Assembly: GCA_003223875.1 (NCBI GenBank)
Contig: QHWY01000105.1
Location: 9,441-73,440 of the forward strand
Direction: 5' to 3'
From: Acidobacteriota bacterium
GTDB lineage: Bacteria; Acidobacteriota; Terriglobia; 20CM-2-55-15
DNA length: 64,000 nucleotides
The translations under genes were made by a program, and so were the position numbers. The notes under the pieces were generated by a model. That model saw only the letters and a program-made list of their open reading frames with translations, had not been told where the DNA came from and did not search any database. Below, one piece after another: positions 8,707-17,260 of this stretch. Each line of letters begins with the position of its first letter. The first letter of the stretch is position 1.

Positions 8707-9967
8707 GATCGCGACGCTTGCGCTGCTGTCGACTATGGTCGCAGCAACGGCTCTCACCCAAACCGCGAATGTTCAACGCGTCCTCATGGATGCCAAAGTT
8801 CAGGCCGCTCAGGAGTTTGTCGCAAAGGACCACGACCGTTTCGTGCGGGAGATTATCCAAATCACGGAGGTCGAAGCCCCGCCCTTCAAAGAAGCAAAGC
8901 GCGCCAAGCTATTCGCGGAAATGCTACGCCAGAGCGGGGTGAGCAATGTCGAAATCGATGCCGAAGGCAATGTCGTCGGCCTTCGCAAAGGGATCGGCGC
9001 CGGCCCGTTGATTGCTATCGCCGCTCATCTCGACACTGTATTTCCCGAAGGAATAAACGTCAAAGTTCGGCGCGAAGGAACCAAGCTCTACGCGCCCGGA
9101 GTTGGTGACGACTCGCGCGCGCTGGCCGTACTGCTGCAAATTGTCCGGGCAATGGATGCGGCGAAGATACAGACCGCAAGCGACATTCTCTTCATCGCGG
9201 ATGTGGGTGAAGAGGGCCCCGGAGATCTTCGAGGAATGAAGTACCTTTTCCAAAAAGGATCCTATAAAGACAAGATCAAAATGTTCATCTCTCTTGATCC
9301 CTTCGGATGGGGGAACGACATTACGACGGCGGGAATGGGCAGCAAACGGTTCAAAGTCATTTTCAAGGGACCCGGCGGGCACAGTTTTGGATCATTTGGT
9401 CTCGTCAGCCCGGCATACGCCCTCGGCAATGCGATAGCGAAACTCTCGAGGATGCAGGTACCGCAGAGGCCGAAAACCACCTTTAACGTGGGAGTGGTAG
9501 GCGGCGGGACTTCGGTGAACTCGATTCCTTTTGAATCTTGGATGGAAGTCGATATCCGTTCCGAAACGAAGGAAGAACTCAACAGGGCCGTTGAAAATTT
9601 CACGCACCTGATGCAAGAGGCCGCCGAAGAGGAAAATCGCGCGCGGTCGACATCGCAGGGAAAAATCGAAATCGACGTGAAGTTGATCGGAGACCGGCCG
9701 TTTGGCGAGGTATCCGAGAACGCTGCCATCGTCCAGACAGCCGAGGCGGTCATCCGGGCATTCGGAATGACTCCCACACTTGGCGTAAGTAGCACGGATG
9801 CCAACATACCCCTGAGCATGGGCATCCCGGCGATTACCCTGGAGTCCGGAGGCACGGGCTTACGAAATCACACGCTTGATGAATGGATCGATGTTGAAAA
9901 GACCCCGAGCGTGAGGGGAATTCACATCGATATGGGGGTCTTGCTGTCGCTCGCGGGAATAAATTAG
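8684..9967 (+). CDS. Secreted M20-family metallopeptidase/hydrolase
   Basis: Signal peptide; AHLDTVF, GVGDD, GEEG, GGHS, HT.DEW zinc-ligand motifs. Confidence 0.85.
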   Translation: MSSKIARRIATLALLSTMVAATALTQTANVQRVLMDAKVQAAQEFVAKDHDRFVREIIQITEVEAPPFKEAKRAKLFAEMLRQSGVSNVEIDAEGNVVGLRKGIGAGPLIAIAAHLDTVFPEGINVKVRREGTKLYAPGVGDDSRALAVLLQIVRAMDAAKIQTASDILFIADVGEEGPGDLRGMKYLFQKGSYKDKIKMFISLDPFGWGNDITTAGMGSKRFKVIFKGPGGHSFGSFGLVSPAYALGNAIAKLSRMQVPQRPKTTFNVGVVGGGTSVNSIPFESWMEVDIRSETKEELNRAVENFTHLMQEAAEEENRARSTSQGKIEIDVKLIGDRPFGEVSENAAIVQTAEAVIRAFGMTPTLGVSSTDANIPLSMGIPAITLESGGTGLRNHTLDEWIDVEKTPSVRGIHIDMGVLLSLAGIN

Positions 9968-10030
9968 CCACAAAAAGGCACAAAATTCACAAACACAAAT
10001 TTTTGTGATTTTTCTGCTTTTTCGTGGCCA
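9966..10030. repeat. Palindromic intergenic repeat (GCCACAAA family), possible bidirectional terminator
   Basis: gccacaaaaaggcacaaaa...tttttcgtggc between convergent genes; related copies at 35341-35525, 40750-40797, 54474-54562. Confidence 0.7.
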
Positions 10031-10031
10031 A

Positions 10032-12467
10032 TCATCCTACGACCAGATTCAGAATCCGGTTCTTCACGTATACCTTTTTCCGGATCTGCTTTCCGTCCAG
10101 GTATCGCGTGATGGCCGGATCGTTTTTCGCCGCTTCCAGCACGGATTCCTCCGGAGCTTCAGCTTTTACCAGAATCGTACCGCGGAGTTTTCCGTTGATC
10201 TGGACGGCCACCGTGACGGTATCCGCCCTCGTATAGCGCCCATCCCACTTCGGCCACTTCTGAAAGAAAATCGACGGTTGATGTCCTGTTCTCTGCCACA
10301 ACTCTTCGGCGAAATGAGGAGCGAATGGTGCAATCGCAACCAAGAACGCTTCGATCGTTTCTTTATCTGGCGGTTGGCTCATCGACGTCACTTCGTTTAC
10401 AAATTCCATAAATGAACTGACGATTGTATTCATACGGAAGGTTTCCAACCGCTCGGTCACGTTCTTGATGAGCAAGTGCCGCTGAGTCAGCATTTCTGTT
10501 GAAGGCGTCGCAGTCCAAGCGCCGTTGTGCATCAACACCCAATGCCAGGCTCGCTTCAGAAAACGGTGCACGCCTTCGATTCCGTTATTTCTCCATTCGG
10601 CATCCAATTCAGGCGGCCCCACGAAGAGCTCATACATGCGCAGCGCGTCGCAGCCGAAGTCGCGGACAAGATCATCCGGATTGACGACATTCCCCTTCGA
10701 CTTCGACATCTTTTCGGCCTTCCCGCTTTTGCCGACATAGGTGATCATCCCCTGGTTAAACAAGCGTAGGAATGGCTCATCAAAATCCACGACGCCGGCA
10801 TCGTGCAGAAACATCGTGAAGAACCGCGCGTACAGCAAATGTAAGATCGCGTGTTCGACACCGCCGACATAGAGATCCACCGGCAGCCATTTTTTGCCTT
10901 CTTTCGTGATGAGCGCGTCTTCGGCATGCGGTGACGCATAACGCAGGAAGTACCACGAAGAGCCGGCCCACTGCGGCATCGTATCGGTTTCCCGCTCGGC
11001 GGGGCCTCCGCAGTTTGGACATCGTGTGTTTACCCACTCCTTGATGGCCGCAAGCGGCGACTCGCCCGTGCCGGTCGGCTGATACTGCTCAACGTCGGGC
11101 AACCGCACCGGAAGATCTTCTTCAGGTACAGGAACCAGACCGCAGTTGATCGAGCAGTGGACAACCGGAATCGGTTCGCCCCAATATCGCTGTCGCGAAA
11201 AAACCCAATCGCGAAGTTTGTAGTTCACCGTAGCGCGGCCGAGCCCTTTCTCTTCCAGCCAGCGCACAATCGCCTTACGGCCTGGATTGGAGGGCATTCC
11301 GGTGAACTCGCCGGAATTCACCATTGTGCCTTCACCGATGTACGCCTCTTGCTCGATGCCTTCTTTGGACGAGACGACTTCGCGAATTTCCAATCCCAAC
11401 TTCTTTGCGAATTCGTAATCGCGCTCATCGTGCGCGGGGACGGCCATGATCGCGCCGGTACCATAAGCCATCAGGACGTAGTCCGCGATCCAGATCGGGA
11501 TTTTTTCGTTGTTGACCGGATTGATGGCGTATGCGCCGGTGAACACTCCCGTCTTCTCCGTCTTTGCGGCCCGATCCACATCGCGTTCGCTCTTCACCTT
11601 CTCGACGTATGCCTCGACCTCTGCCGCTTGCTGCTTAGACGTCACCTCGCTTACCAACGGATGTTCGGGGGCCATGACCATGTATGTCGCGCCGAACAGC
11701 GTGTCAGGACGAGTTGTGAAAATATTCAGCGGATGCTTGGCGCCATTCGCTGCGATGGCAGTAAAGGTCACCTCGGCGCCTTCGGACCGGCCGATCCAGT
11801 TGGTCTGCATGGTTTTGACTTTTTCGGGCCAGTGGAGTTTCTCAAGTCCGTTGAGCAAGCGATCGGCATATCGTGTGATGCGAAGCATCCATTGATTCAG
11901 TTCTTTCTTCGTAACCTCTGTACCGCAACGCTCACAGCGCCCATTGACGACATCTTCATTAGCGATGCCCGTCTTGCAGCTCGGACACCAGTTCACCGGC
12001 ATAAAGGTCTTGTAGGCGAGGCCCGCCTTGAACATTTTTACGAAAATCCATTGCGTCCACTTGTAGTATTCGGGATCGGTTGTATTGATCTCTCGCGACC
12101 AGTCGTACATGGCGCCGATTTCATGGAGCTGCCGCTTGAAATTTTCCACATTCCGCTTCGTGCCGAGTGCGGGGTGGATACCCTTCTGAATGGCATCGTT
12201 CTCGGCAGGAGACCCAAAGGCGTCCCAGCCCATCGGATGGAGAACCTTGTAGCCTTGCAGCCATTTGTATCGCGACCAGCAGTCTGGAAGGACGTAACTG
12301 CGCCAATGGCCCACGTGGAGTCCGGATCCGGACGGGTATGGAAACATGTCCAGACAGTAATACTTCGGCCTCGGATCCTCATCCCGTGCTTCGTGCAGTC
12401 TGTTGGAAATCCAGTATTCACGCCACTTTGGCTCAATCTCTCTATGTTTATAACTTTCGTCCGACAT
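10032..12467 (-). CDS. leuS: Leucine--tRNA ligase
   Basis: MFPYPSG.GLHVGH (HIGH), FTTRPDT editing domain, SRQRYWG, KMSKS. Confidence 0.97.
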   Translation of the reverse strand: MSDESYKHREIEPKWREYWISNRLHEARDEDPRPKYYCLDMFPYPSGSGLHVGHWRSYVLPDCWSRYKWLQGYKVLHPMGWDAFGSPAENDAIQKGIHPALGTKRNVENFKRQLHEIGAMYDWSREINTTDPEYYKWTQWIFVKMFKAGLAYKTFMPVNWCPSCKTGIANEDVVNGRCERCGTEVTKKELNQWMLRITRYADRLLNGLEKLHWPEKVKTMQTNWIGRSEGAEVTFTAIAANGAKHPLNIFTTRPDTLFGATYMVMAPEHPLVSEVTSKQQAAEVEAYVEKVKSERDVDRAAKTEKTGVFTGAYAINPVNNEKIPIWIADYVLMAYGTGAIMAVPAHDERDYEFAKKLGLEIREVVSSKEGIEQEAYIGEGTMVNSGEFTGMPSNPGRKAIVRWLEEKGLGRATVNYKLRDWVFSRQRYWGEPIPVVHCSINCGLVPVPEEDLPVRLPDVEQYQPTGTGESPLAAIKEWVNTRCPNCGGPAERETDTMPQWAGSSWYFLRYASPHAEDALITKEGKKWLPVDLYVGGVEHAILHLLYARFFTMFLHDAGVVDFDEPFLRLFNQGMITYVGKSGKAEKMSKSKGNVVNPDDLVRDFGCDALRMYELFVGPPELDAEWRNNGIEGVHRFLKRAWHWVLMHNGAWTATPSTEMLTQRHLLIKNVTERLETFRMNTIVSSFMEFVNEVTSMSQPPDKETIEAFLVAIAPFAPHFAEELWQRTGHQPSIFFQKWPKWDGRYTRADTVTVAVQINGKLRGTILVKAEAPEESVLEAAKNDPAITRYLDGKQIRKKVYVKNRILNLVVG

Positions 12468-12529
12468 GATCCGAGATTATAGCGTATCGGTTGGCCGTGC
12501 TTCTTCAGGCGGGGTTACAATACGGACCG

Positions 12530-12676
12530 ATGATTTTCATTGCTCGATTTACCAACAAGCCCGAAGCGGCGGCACTTCTCAGGCAGCACTATCCTGCGCA
12601 TGTTGAATGGCTGAAGCAGCACGATTCCGCCATTATCGTCGCGGGGACTATGGACCTTAGGAAATTTTCAAATTAG
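12530..12676 (+). pseudogene. Truncated YciI-family protein
   Basis: MIFIARFTNKP...LRQHYPAHVEWL...IIVAG resembles the YciI N-terminal half; stops at 48 aa. Confidence 0.55.
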
Positions 12677-12710
12677 GTTTACAATAGATGGGGTGTGAAA
12701 GGAGTCGTTT

Positions 12711-14075
12711 ATGACGAGACGAGTTCCTGCGTTGGTATTGGCTGCGGTGGTGGTGCCATTCGTAATGACGGCGAGCGCGGCTGCGGCCGAAGTGACTTTT
12801 TCTAAGGATATTGCCCCGATCTTTCAGGCGAAATGCCAGGAATGCCATCAGCCGAATTCGATCGCGCCAATGTCGCTGATCACCTATCAAGAAGCGCGGC
12901 CATGGGCGAAAGCGATTCGCGAGCGCGTGATCACGCGGCAGATGCCTCCTTGGCATATCGATCGCAGCGTTGGCGTGCAGAAGTTCAAGAATGATATGTC
13001 GCTGACCGACGAGCAGGTAGACAAGATCATAGGTTGGGTCGATGCCGGCGCGCCCGAAGGCAATCCGAAAGATCTGCCGCCGCCGAAGCCGCTTGTCACT
13101 GACAATGAGTGGAAAGGCGTCCGGGATGGTTACGGGCCGCCAGACCTCATCATCCGGTCCCCCGAATATGTCATGTCTGCCCAACACCAGGACGTGTGGT
13201 TCCGGACGATGTCCGACATTCCTCTCGCAGAGCCGCGCTGGGCAAAGATGGTTGAGATTCGTCCGACGAGTCTAAAGGGGCGGCGAACGCTTCATCATTC
13301 CGTTGCCTATCTGGTGCTGAACAACGATCCCGACGCCATCAACAAAGGCACCGCGAACGGGCCGGACCGTTTCCGCGACGGTGACGATCTTGTCAACCGC
13401 CGGCCGCAGTTGATGGAATGGGCCATCGGCAAAGGCTACGATCTGTTCCGGCCGGATACGGGCAGATTGTTGTTGCCGGGCGAAAAGATTGCCTGGGATC
13501 AGCACATTCATGCCGTTGGTGAGGAGATCGCCACAGGTTCGGAGATCGGTATTTGGCTCTACAAGAAAGGCGAGGAGCCGAAGAAGCGAAGCTATCTGAT
13601 TGCTTTCACGGGAATCCGAAACGGCCGATCTCTCGACATCCCACCGAACACGCTCGCGATGACGGAAGGCTTCACCGTGCTGAAGGAGAACGCGGTACTC
13701 GAGAACTTCCAGCCCCATTTCCACCTGCGCGGCAAATCGATGCAGGTCGAAGCGATTTTGCCCGACGGCAGCTCGCAAATCGTCAGCTACGTCGGCAACT
13801 TTAACTTCAACTGGATGACAAACTACATCTACGCTGACGATGCGGCTCCCGTGTTCCCGAAAGGAACCGTCATCCATGTGAGTGCCTGGTACGACAACAC
13901 GCGAGCGAACAAGAACAACCCCGATCCGGATCAGTGGGTCGGTTACGGCGACCGCACTGTCGATGAAATGGCTCACGCCTGGATCAATGTTGTCTATCTC
14001 AACGACCAGGAGTACAACGCACTACTCGCGGAACGTAAGACGAAAAACGCTAAAGAGACCGACGCGGGTAATTAG
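12711..14075 (+). CDS. Secreted c-type cytochrome fused to a copper type II (PHM/DBH-like) monooxygenase domain
   Basis: Signal peptide; CQECH and MPPW; LHH, HIH, PHFH, DEM copper-ligand pattern; AAGGAG SD. Confidence 0.8.
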   Translation: MTRRVPALVLAAVVVPFVMTASAAAAEVTFSKDIAPIFQAKCQECHQPNSIAPMSLITYQEARPWAKAIRERVITRQMPPWHIDRSVGVQKFKNDMSLTDEQVDKIIGWVDAGAPEGNPKDLPPPKPLVTDNEWKGVRDGYGPPDLIIRSPEYVMSAQHQDVWFRTMSDIPLAEPRWAKMVEIRPTSLKGRRTLHHSVAYLVLNNDPDAINKGTANGPDRFRDGDDLVNRRPQLMEWAIGKGYDLFRPDTGRLLLPGEKIAWDQHIHAVGEEIATGSEIGIWLYKKGEEPKKRSYLIAFTGIRNGRSLDIPPNTLAMTEGFTVLKENAVLENFQPHFHLRGKSMQVEAILPDGSSQIVSYVGNFNFNWMTNYIYADDAAPVFPKGTVIHVSAWYDNTRANKNNPDPDQWVGYGDRTVDEMAHAWINVVYLNDQEYNALLAERKTKNAKETDAGN

Positions 14076-14077
14076 CA

Positions 14078-14944
14078 GTGAGAAGGCTCGTTAGTCTGAG
14101 CGCCGCCGGCGTGATTGCCGGCGGCGTGCTGCTTTTAGGGCAACAGATTCCCGAGCCGCGGAAGCAGTTCGGCGCCGGCGTCACGGGTGCTTTCGAGGGC
14201 TGGTTCGACAACAAAGACAGCAGCCGCGGTTTCCTTGTCGGGTATTTCAATCGCAACACGCAACAAGAACTCGACATCCCGGTCGGGCCAAACAATCGAA
14301 TTGAACCCGGCGGGCCCGACATGGGGCAACCGACACATTTCCTTCCCGGCCGCCAATGGGGAATGTTCGCCATTCCCGTCCCGAAGGTTTTCACTCCACA
14401 AGACAAGTTCACATGGACGCTCTTCGTGAACGGCCAGACCACGGTCATTCCTCTTCGCCTGAATCCGGATTACGTCATCAGCCCGTTCAGTGAGATCGGG
14501 GCCGGCAACACGCCGCCTGTGATTGGCTTCGAGGAGAAAGCGCCAACGATTCAGGGTCCGATTGCCATGCTGGCTACGGCACCGCCGCGCACGGCGTCTT
14601 TGTCCACGCCTCTCGCATTGACGCTCTGGGTGACCGACGACATGAAGTACATCTCGGGCACCGGCACGCCGTCGCCATCGTCGCGGCCTCCGGTAACGCT
14701 CACCTGGTCGAAATATCGCGGGCCCGGCGCCGTGACGTTCGACAAAGCCACACCGACTGTTGAGAAGTTGCCGGCCGGAACCGACAACGCGGCCTTCACC
14801 GGGAAGGCAACCACGAATGTCAAGTTCAGCGAAGCCGGCGACTACGTGCTCCACGTCACCGTGAATGATTATTCAGGCGACGGAGGAGGAGGATTTCAGT
14901 GCTGCTGGACGACCGGACTCGTGAAAGTCTCGGTCAAGCCCTGA
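14078..14944 (+). CDS. Secreted uncharacterised protein with C-terminal Ig/PKD-like domain (partner of upstream gene)
   Basis: Signal peptide; 2-nt gap to upstream gene; paralog of 32842-33702 (GW..N.D, GY.NRN, QPTHF.P, WTL, YRG.G.V.F). Confidence 0.8.
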   Translation: MRRLVSLSAAGVIAGGVLLLGQQIPEPRKQFGAGVTGAFEGWFDNKDSSRGFLVGYFNRNTQQELDIPVGPNNRIEPGGPDMGQPTHFLPGRQWGMFAIPVPKVFTPQDKFTWTLFVNGQTTVIPLRLNPDYVISPFSEIGAGNTPPVIGFEEKAPTIQGPIAMLATAPPRTASLSTPLALTLWVTDDMKYISGTGTPSPSSRPPVTLTWSKYRGPGAVTFDKATPTVEKLPAGTDNAAFTGKATTNVKFSEAGDYVLHVTVNDYSGDGGGGFQCCWTTGLVKVSVKP

Positions 14945-15123
14945 GCAGGTCTCACTGCTCCCGGATTCGGCCGGACCGACCTTTAGATTGCCGTTGGTGG
15001 CAGCGGATGCGGTGCTTACTGTTTGAGATCGAACGCCAAAATGCAATGGCCCGGCGATCGCGACATACGGTGAAGATTTTTCAGGAACTTTCACCACCTT
15101 CCAGCTTCTTGTAACATATCCAT

Positions 15124-15375
15124 ATGTTGTCCGGCTTCAGGGAGGCCCTTCTCAAACGATGTCGTCAATGGCAGGCCTTTCACGACTGGGAACGGAATCG
15201 GGCTGATACTGTTCTGACCATGGATGAGCGGGTAGCCTGGTACGTGGCTGCCTTCAATTTCGTGAGAAACTTGCCGCAGAAAGTGGTCATTGAAGACAAG
15301 AGCGAAAAAATCAAACAAGTCCGGAATTTACAGGCACGCCTGAGACATTTGAAGCTAAGCGATCGCGATGCCTGA
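15124..15375 (+). CDS. Small hypothetical protein, candidate antitoxin
   Basis: 83 aa; overlaps downstream nucleotidyltransferase start; TAACAT 6 nt upstream of ATG. Confidence 0.6.
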   Translation: MLSGFREALLKRCRQWQAFHDWERNRADTVLTMDERVAWYVAAFNFVRNLPQKVVIEDKSEKIKQVRNLQARLRHLKLSDRDA

Positions 15376-15931
15376 GCTGGATGATGCGCTCGTCGAGCTA
15401 AGCTCCTGGCTGACCGAAAACGAAATCCGCCATATGGTAATCGGCGGTTTTGCCGTGACTGTGTGGGGTGAACCGCGCTTTACGCGCGATTTGGATGTGA
15501 CAGTTTCCGTGCCCGCCGACAAATTCGGTCAGATAATTGATCGCATCTGTGCGCGATTCCCTTCTCTTTCGGGTGATCCTCTCAAATTCGTTACGGAAAC
15601 CCGAGTGCTACCGATCATGGTTGAAGCCGTCCCGGTCGATCTCATCTTTGCTGCCCTACCCTATGAAGAAGACGCGATTGCCCGAGCGCGTCCGATCCAT
15701 TTGAAGGATGCCAGTGTCCCGGTTTGTTCTCCTGAAGACCTGATCCTGCATAAGATCGTCTCGCCACGTCCCCGAGATCATGAAGACATCGAAGGTGTGT
15801 TTCGCTATCGGCATGCGGAACTGGATTATGGCTATTTGGACCCTCGAGTTGAGGAGCTTGCGGACGCGCTCAGTGACCGGAATATGCTCGATTGGTACCG
15901 GCGTCTACGCGAACGCTGGCGCAATCGATGA
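15368..15931 (+). CDS. Polymerase-beta-like nucleotidyltransferase (AbiEii/DUF6036-like)
   Basis: IGGFAV...PRFTRDLD, VDL, SPEDLILHK...RPRD.EDI. Confidence 0.8.
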   Translation: MPELDDALVELSSWLTENEIRHMVIGGFAVTVWGEPRFTRDLDVTVSVPADKFGQIIDRICARFPSLSGDPLKFVTETRVLPIMVEAVPVDLIFAALPYEEDAIARARPIHLKDASVPVCSPEDLILHKIVSPRPRDHEDIEGVFRYRHAELDYGYLDPRVEELADALSDRNMLDWYRRLRERWRNR

Positions 15932-15981
15932 TGCATTCGATCTGGCCGACCGCCCTTGCGGAGAAGGCGATTCTGCTGTGA

Positions 15982-16428
15982 TTATTTTTGTGGAGTTCTT
16001 TGGAGCGCGCGCTGCCGGCGCTCTTCCTCGATGGATTTGAGACGCTGAGGTCCTGCGGGTAGAAGCTCGGCGCCGTCTGCCCGAACGAGCTTGCGAAAGA
16101 ACATGCGTTGGGAACCCGTATGGGTGGGATTACCGGTTACCGTGATTCGCTCACCGGCTTTGACGGAGTCGGCGGTCCAGCCGACTTCGGAGAGATTCAG
16201 CCTGCCGGCGAACTCCACCGTCCACTTCGCGACCTTGCCGGCGTCATCGGTCACGTTCACAAACATCATGGCGTGCGGATTGACGAATCGGAACTCCGTC
16301 ACGACGCCCACGACCGTAATCAGCCGTTTCTCGTCATAGACCGGTGAAAAGGCATGGTGGGAACTCGCCGCCGCTGCTGACAGCATCAGCACAGGCATAA
16401 CGAATATGCACGCGCGCAGTAATCTCAC
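15982..16428 (-). CDS. DUF6152-like secreted protein
   Basis: Signal peptide followed by HHAF..YD, G.VTEF.F.NPH, W.VE, G..ITV.G.P. Confidence 0.75.
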   Translation of the reverse strand: MRLLRACIFVMPVLMLSAAAASSHHAFSPVYDEKRLITVVGVVTEFRFVNPHAMMFVNVTDDAGKVAKWTVEFAGRLNLSEVGWTADSVKAGERITVTGNPTHTGSQRMFFRKLVRADGAELLPAGPQRLKSIEEERRQRALQRTPQK

Positions 16429-17234
16429 GGCCTCACCCCCTTTTTGAATTCGGTCGGAGCCTGGCAGTTTTCATACGGCGTGATCTTACTTTCTGGGGCC
16501 CAGCGCCAGATCTTTTTGAGGACCACCGGTTCCCGGAAAGTCGGAGGATCCTCCATAGTCACCGTGAGCTGCAACGTGTTCCCCTCCTTCGAGCGCGTAT
16601 AGCGTTCCACGATGCGCAGTTGGTCGCTGTGGCGGGCCGTGGTGGCCAAGTCAGGCAAACCGGCTATATTCGCCGCGATACCGGAAGTCTCAACAATCAA
16701 AGTATCGCCGTCCCAGTGTCCTAGGGAATGCCCCATTGCGCTCGGCGGCTGGTTGACCGGGCGCTTGCGGCCGTCCAGATAGATGGTCCGCCGCGCATCC
16801 CATTCTCCATACCGGAATTCGAGCCGGTCACGGCCTACTTGCCGTATCTCGAACTGATGAGGCGCAATCATCTGCCGCGCAACGCCCCACGGCTCACAAC
16901 GAAGAAATCCCGGGTCATCTGCCGGATCAAGGGGAAAAGTCCTCAGCGCGGTCCCCGTTAGCCGCGAACGAAGGTATTCTCGCTCGTATTTCTTGGCTTC
17001 TGCTGCAAGTTCCTCGTACGGACGAGCGTCGTTGGCCGGATTGTCGAGCAAGGCATTCAGACGGTCGATTCCGGCGTCGGTGCAGGAGAACGAGCAAAAC
17101 GAACCTACGATGCTGGCAGGCGGGTCGCTCCACATGCCTTCCAACTTAGAGCGAGATTGGGATTGACCCGGTAAGGGAATGAACAGCAGTACAGGTAGGA
17201 CCATTAACAATTGAAGGAGATGGTCTCGCCTCAT
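16425..17234 (-). CDS. Secreted uncharacterised protein (DP..C.P.G / G.S.GHW.GDTL.VET family)
   Basis: ATG at 17234 after AAGGAG; signal peptide; stop overlaps the DUF6152-like start. Confidence 0.75.
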   Translation of the reverse strand: MRRDHLLQLLMVLPVLLFIPLPGQSQSRSKLEGMWSDPPASIVGSFCSFSCTDAGIDRLNALLDNPANDARPYEELAAEAKKYEREYLRSRLTGTALRTFPLDPADDPGFLRCEPWGVARQMIAPHQFEIRQVGRDRLEFRYGEWDARRTIYLDGRKRPVNQPPSAMGHSLGHWDGDTLIVETSGIAANIAGLPDLATTARHSDQLRIVERYTRSKEGNTLQLTVTMEDPPTFREPVVLKKIWRWAPESKITPYENCQAPTEFKKGVRP

Positions 17235-17260
17235 CGCACACTCCTTTCGGATGAATTGCA

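Noticed and set aside
11157-12482. 441-aa plus-strand ORF and other long antisense ORFs (e.g. 21998-22702, 23558-24262)
   Set aside because: Antisense shadows of conserved genes, expected at this GC content; no motifs
14942-14960. TGA followed by a hairpin as a possible selenocysteine/SECIS site
   Set aside because: The protein ends where its paralog does, and the hairpin overlaps the stop instead of lying at bacterial SECIS spacing
14873-15114. Short ORFs between the monooxygenase module and the nucleotidyltransferase pair
   Set aside because: They overlap a real gene and have no recognisable motif or start signal; possibly a gene remnant but unsupported
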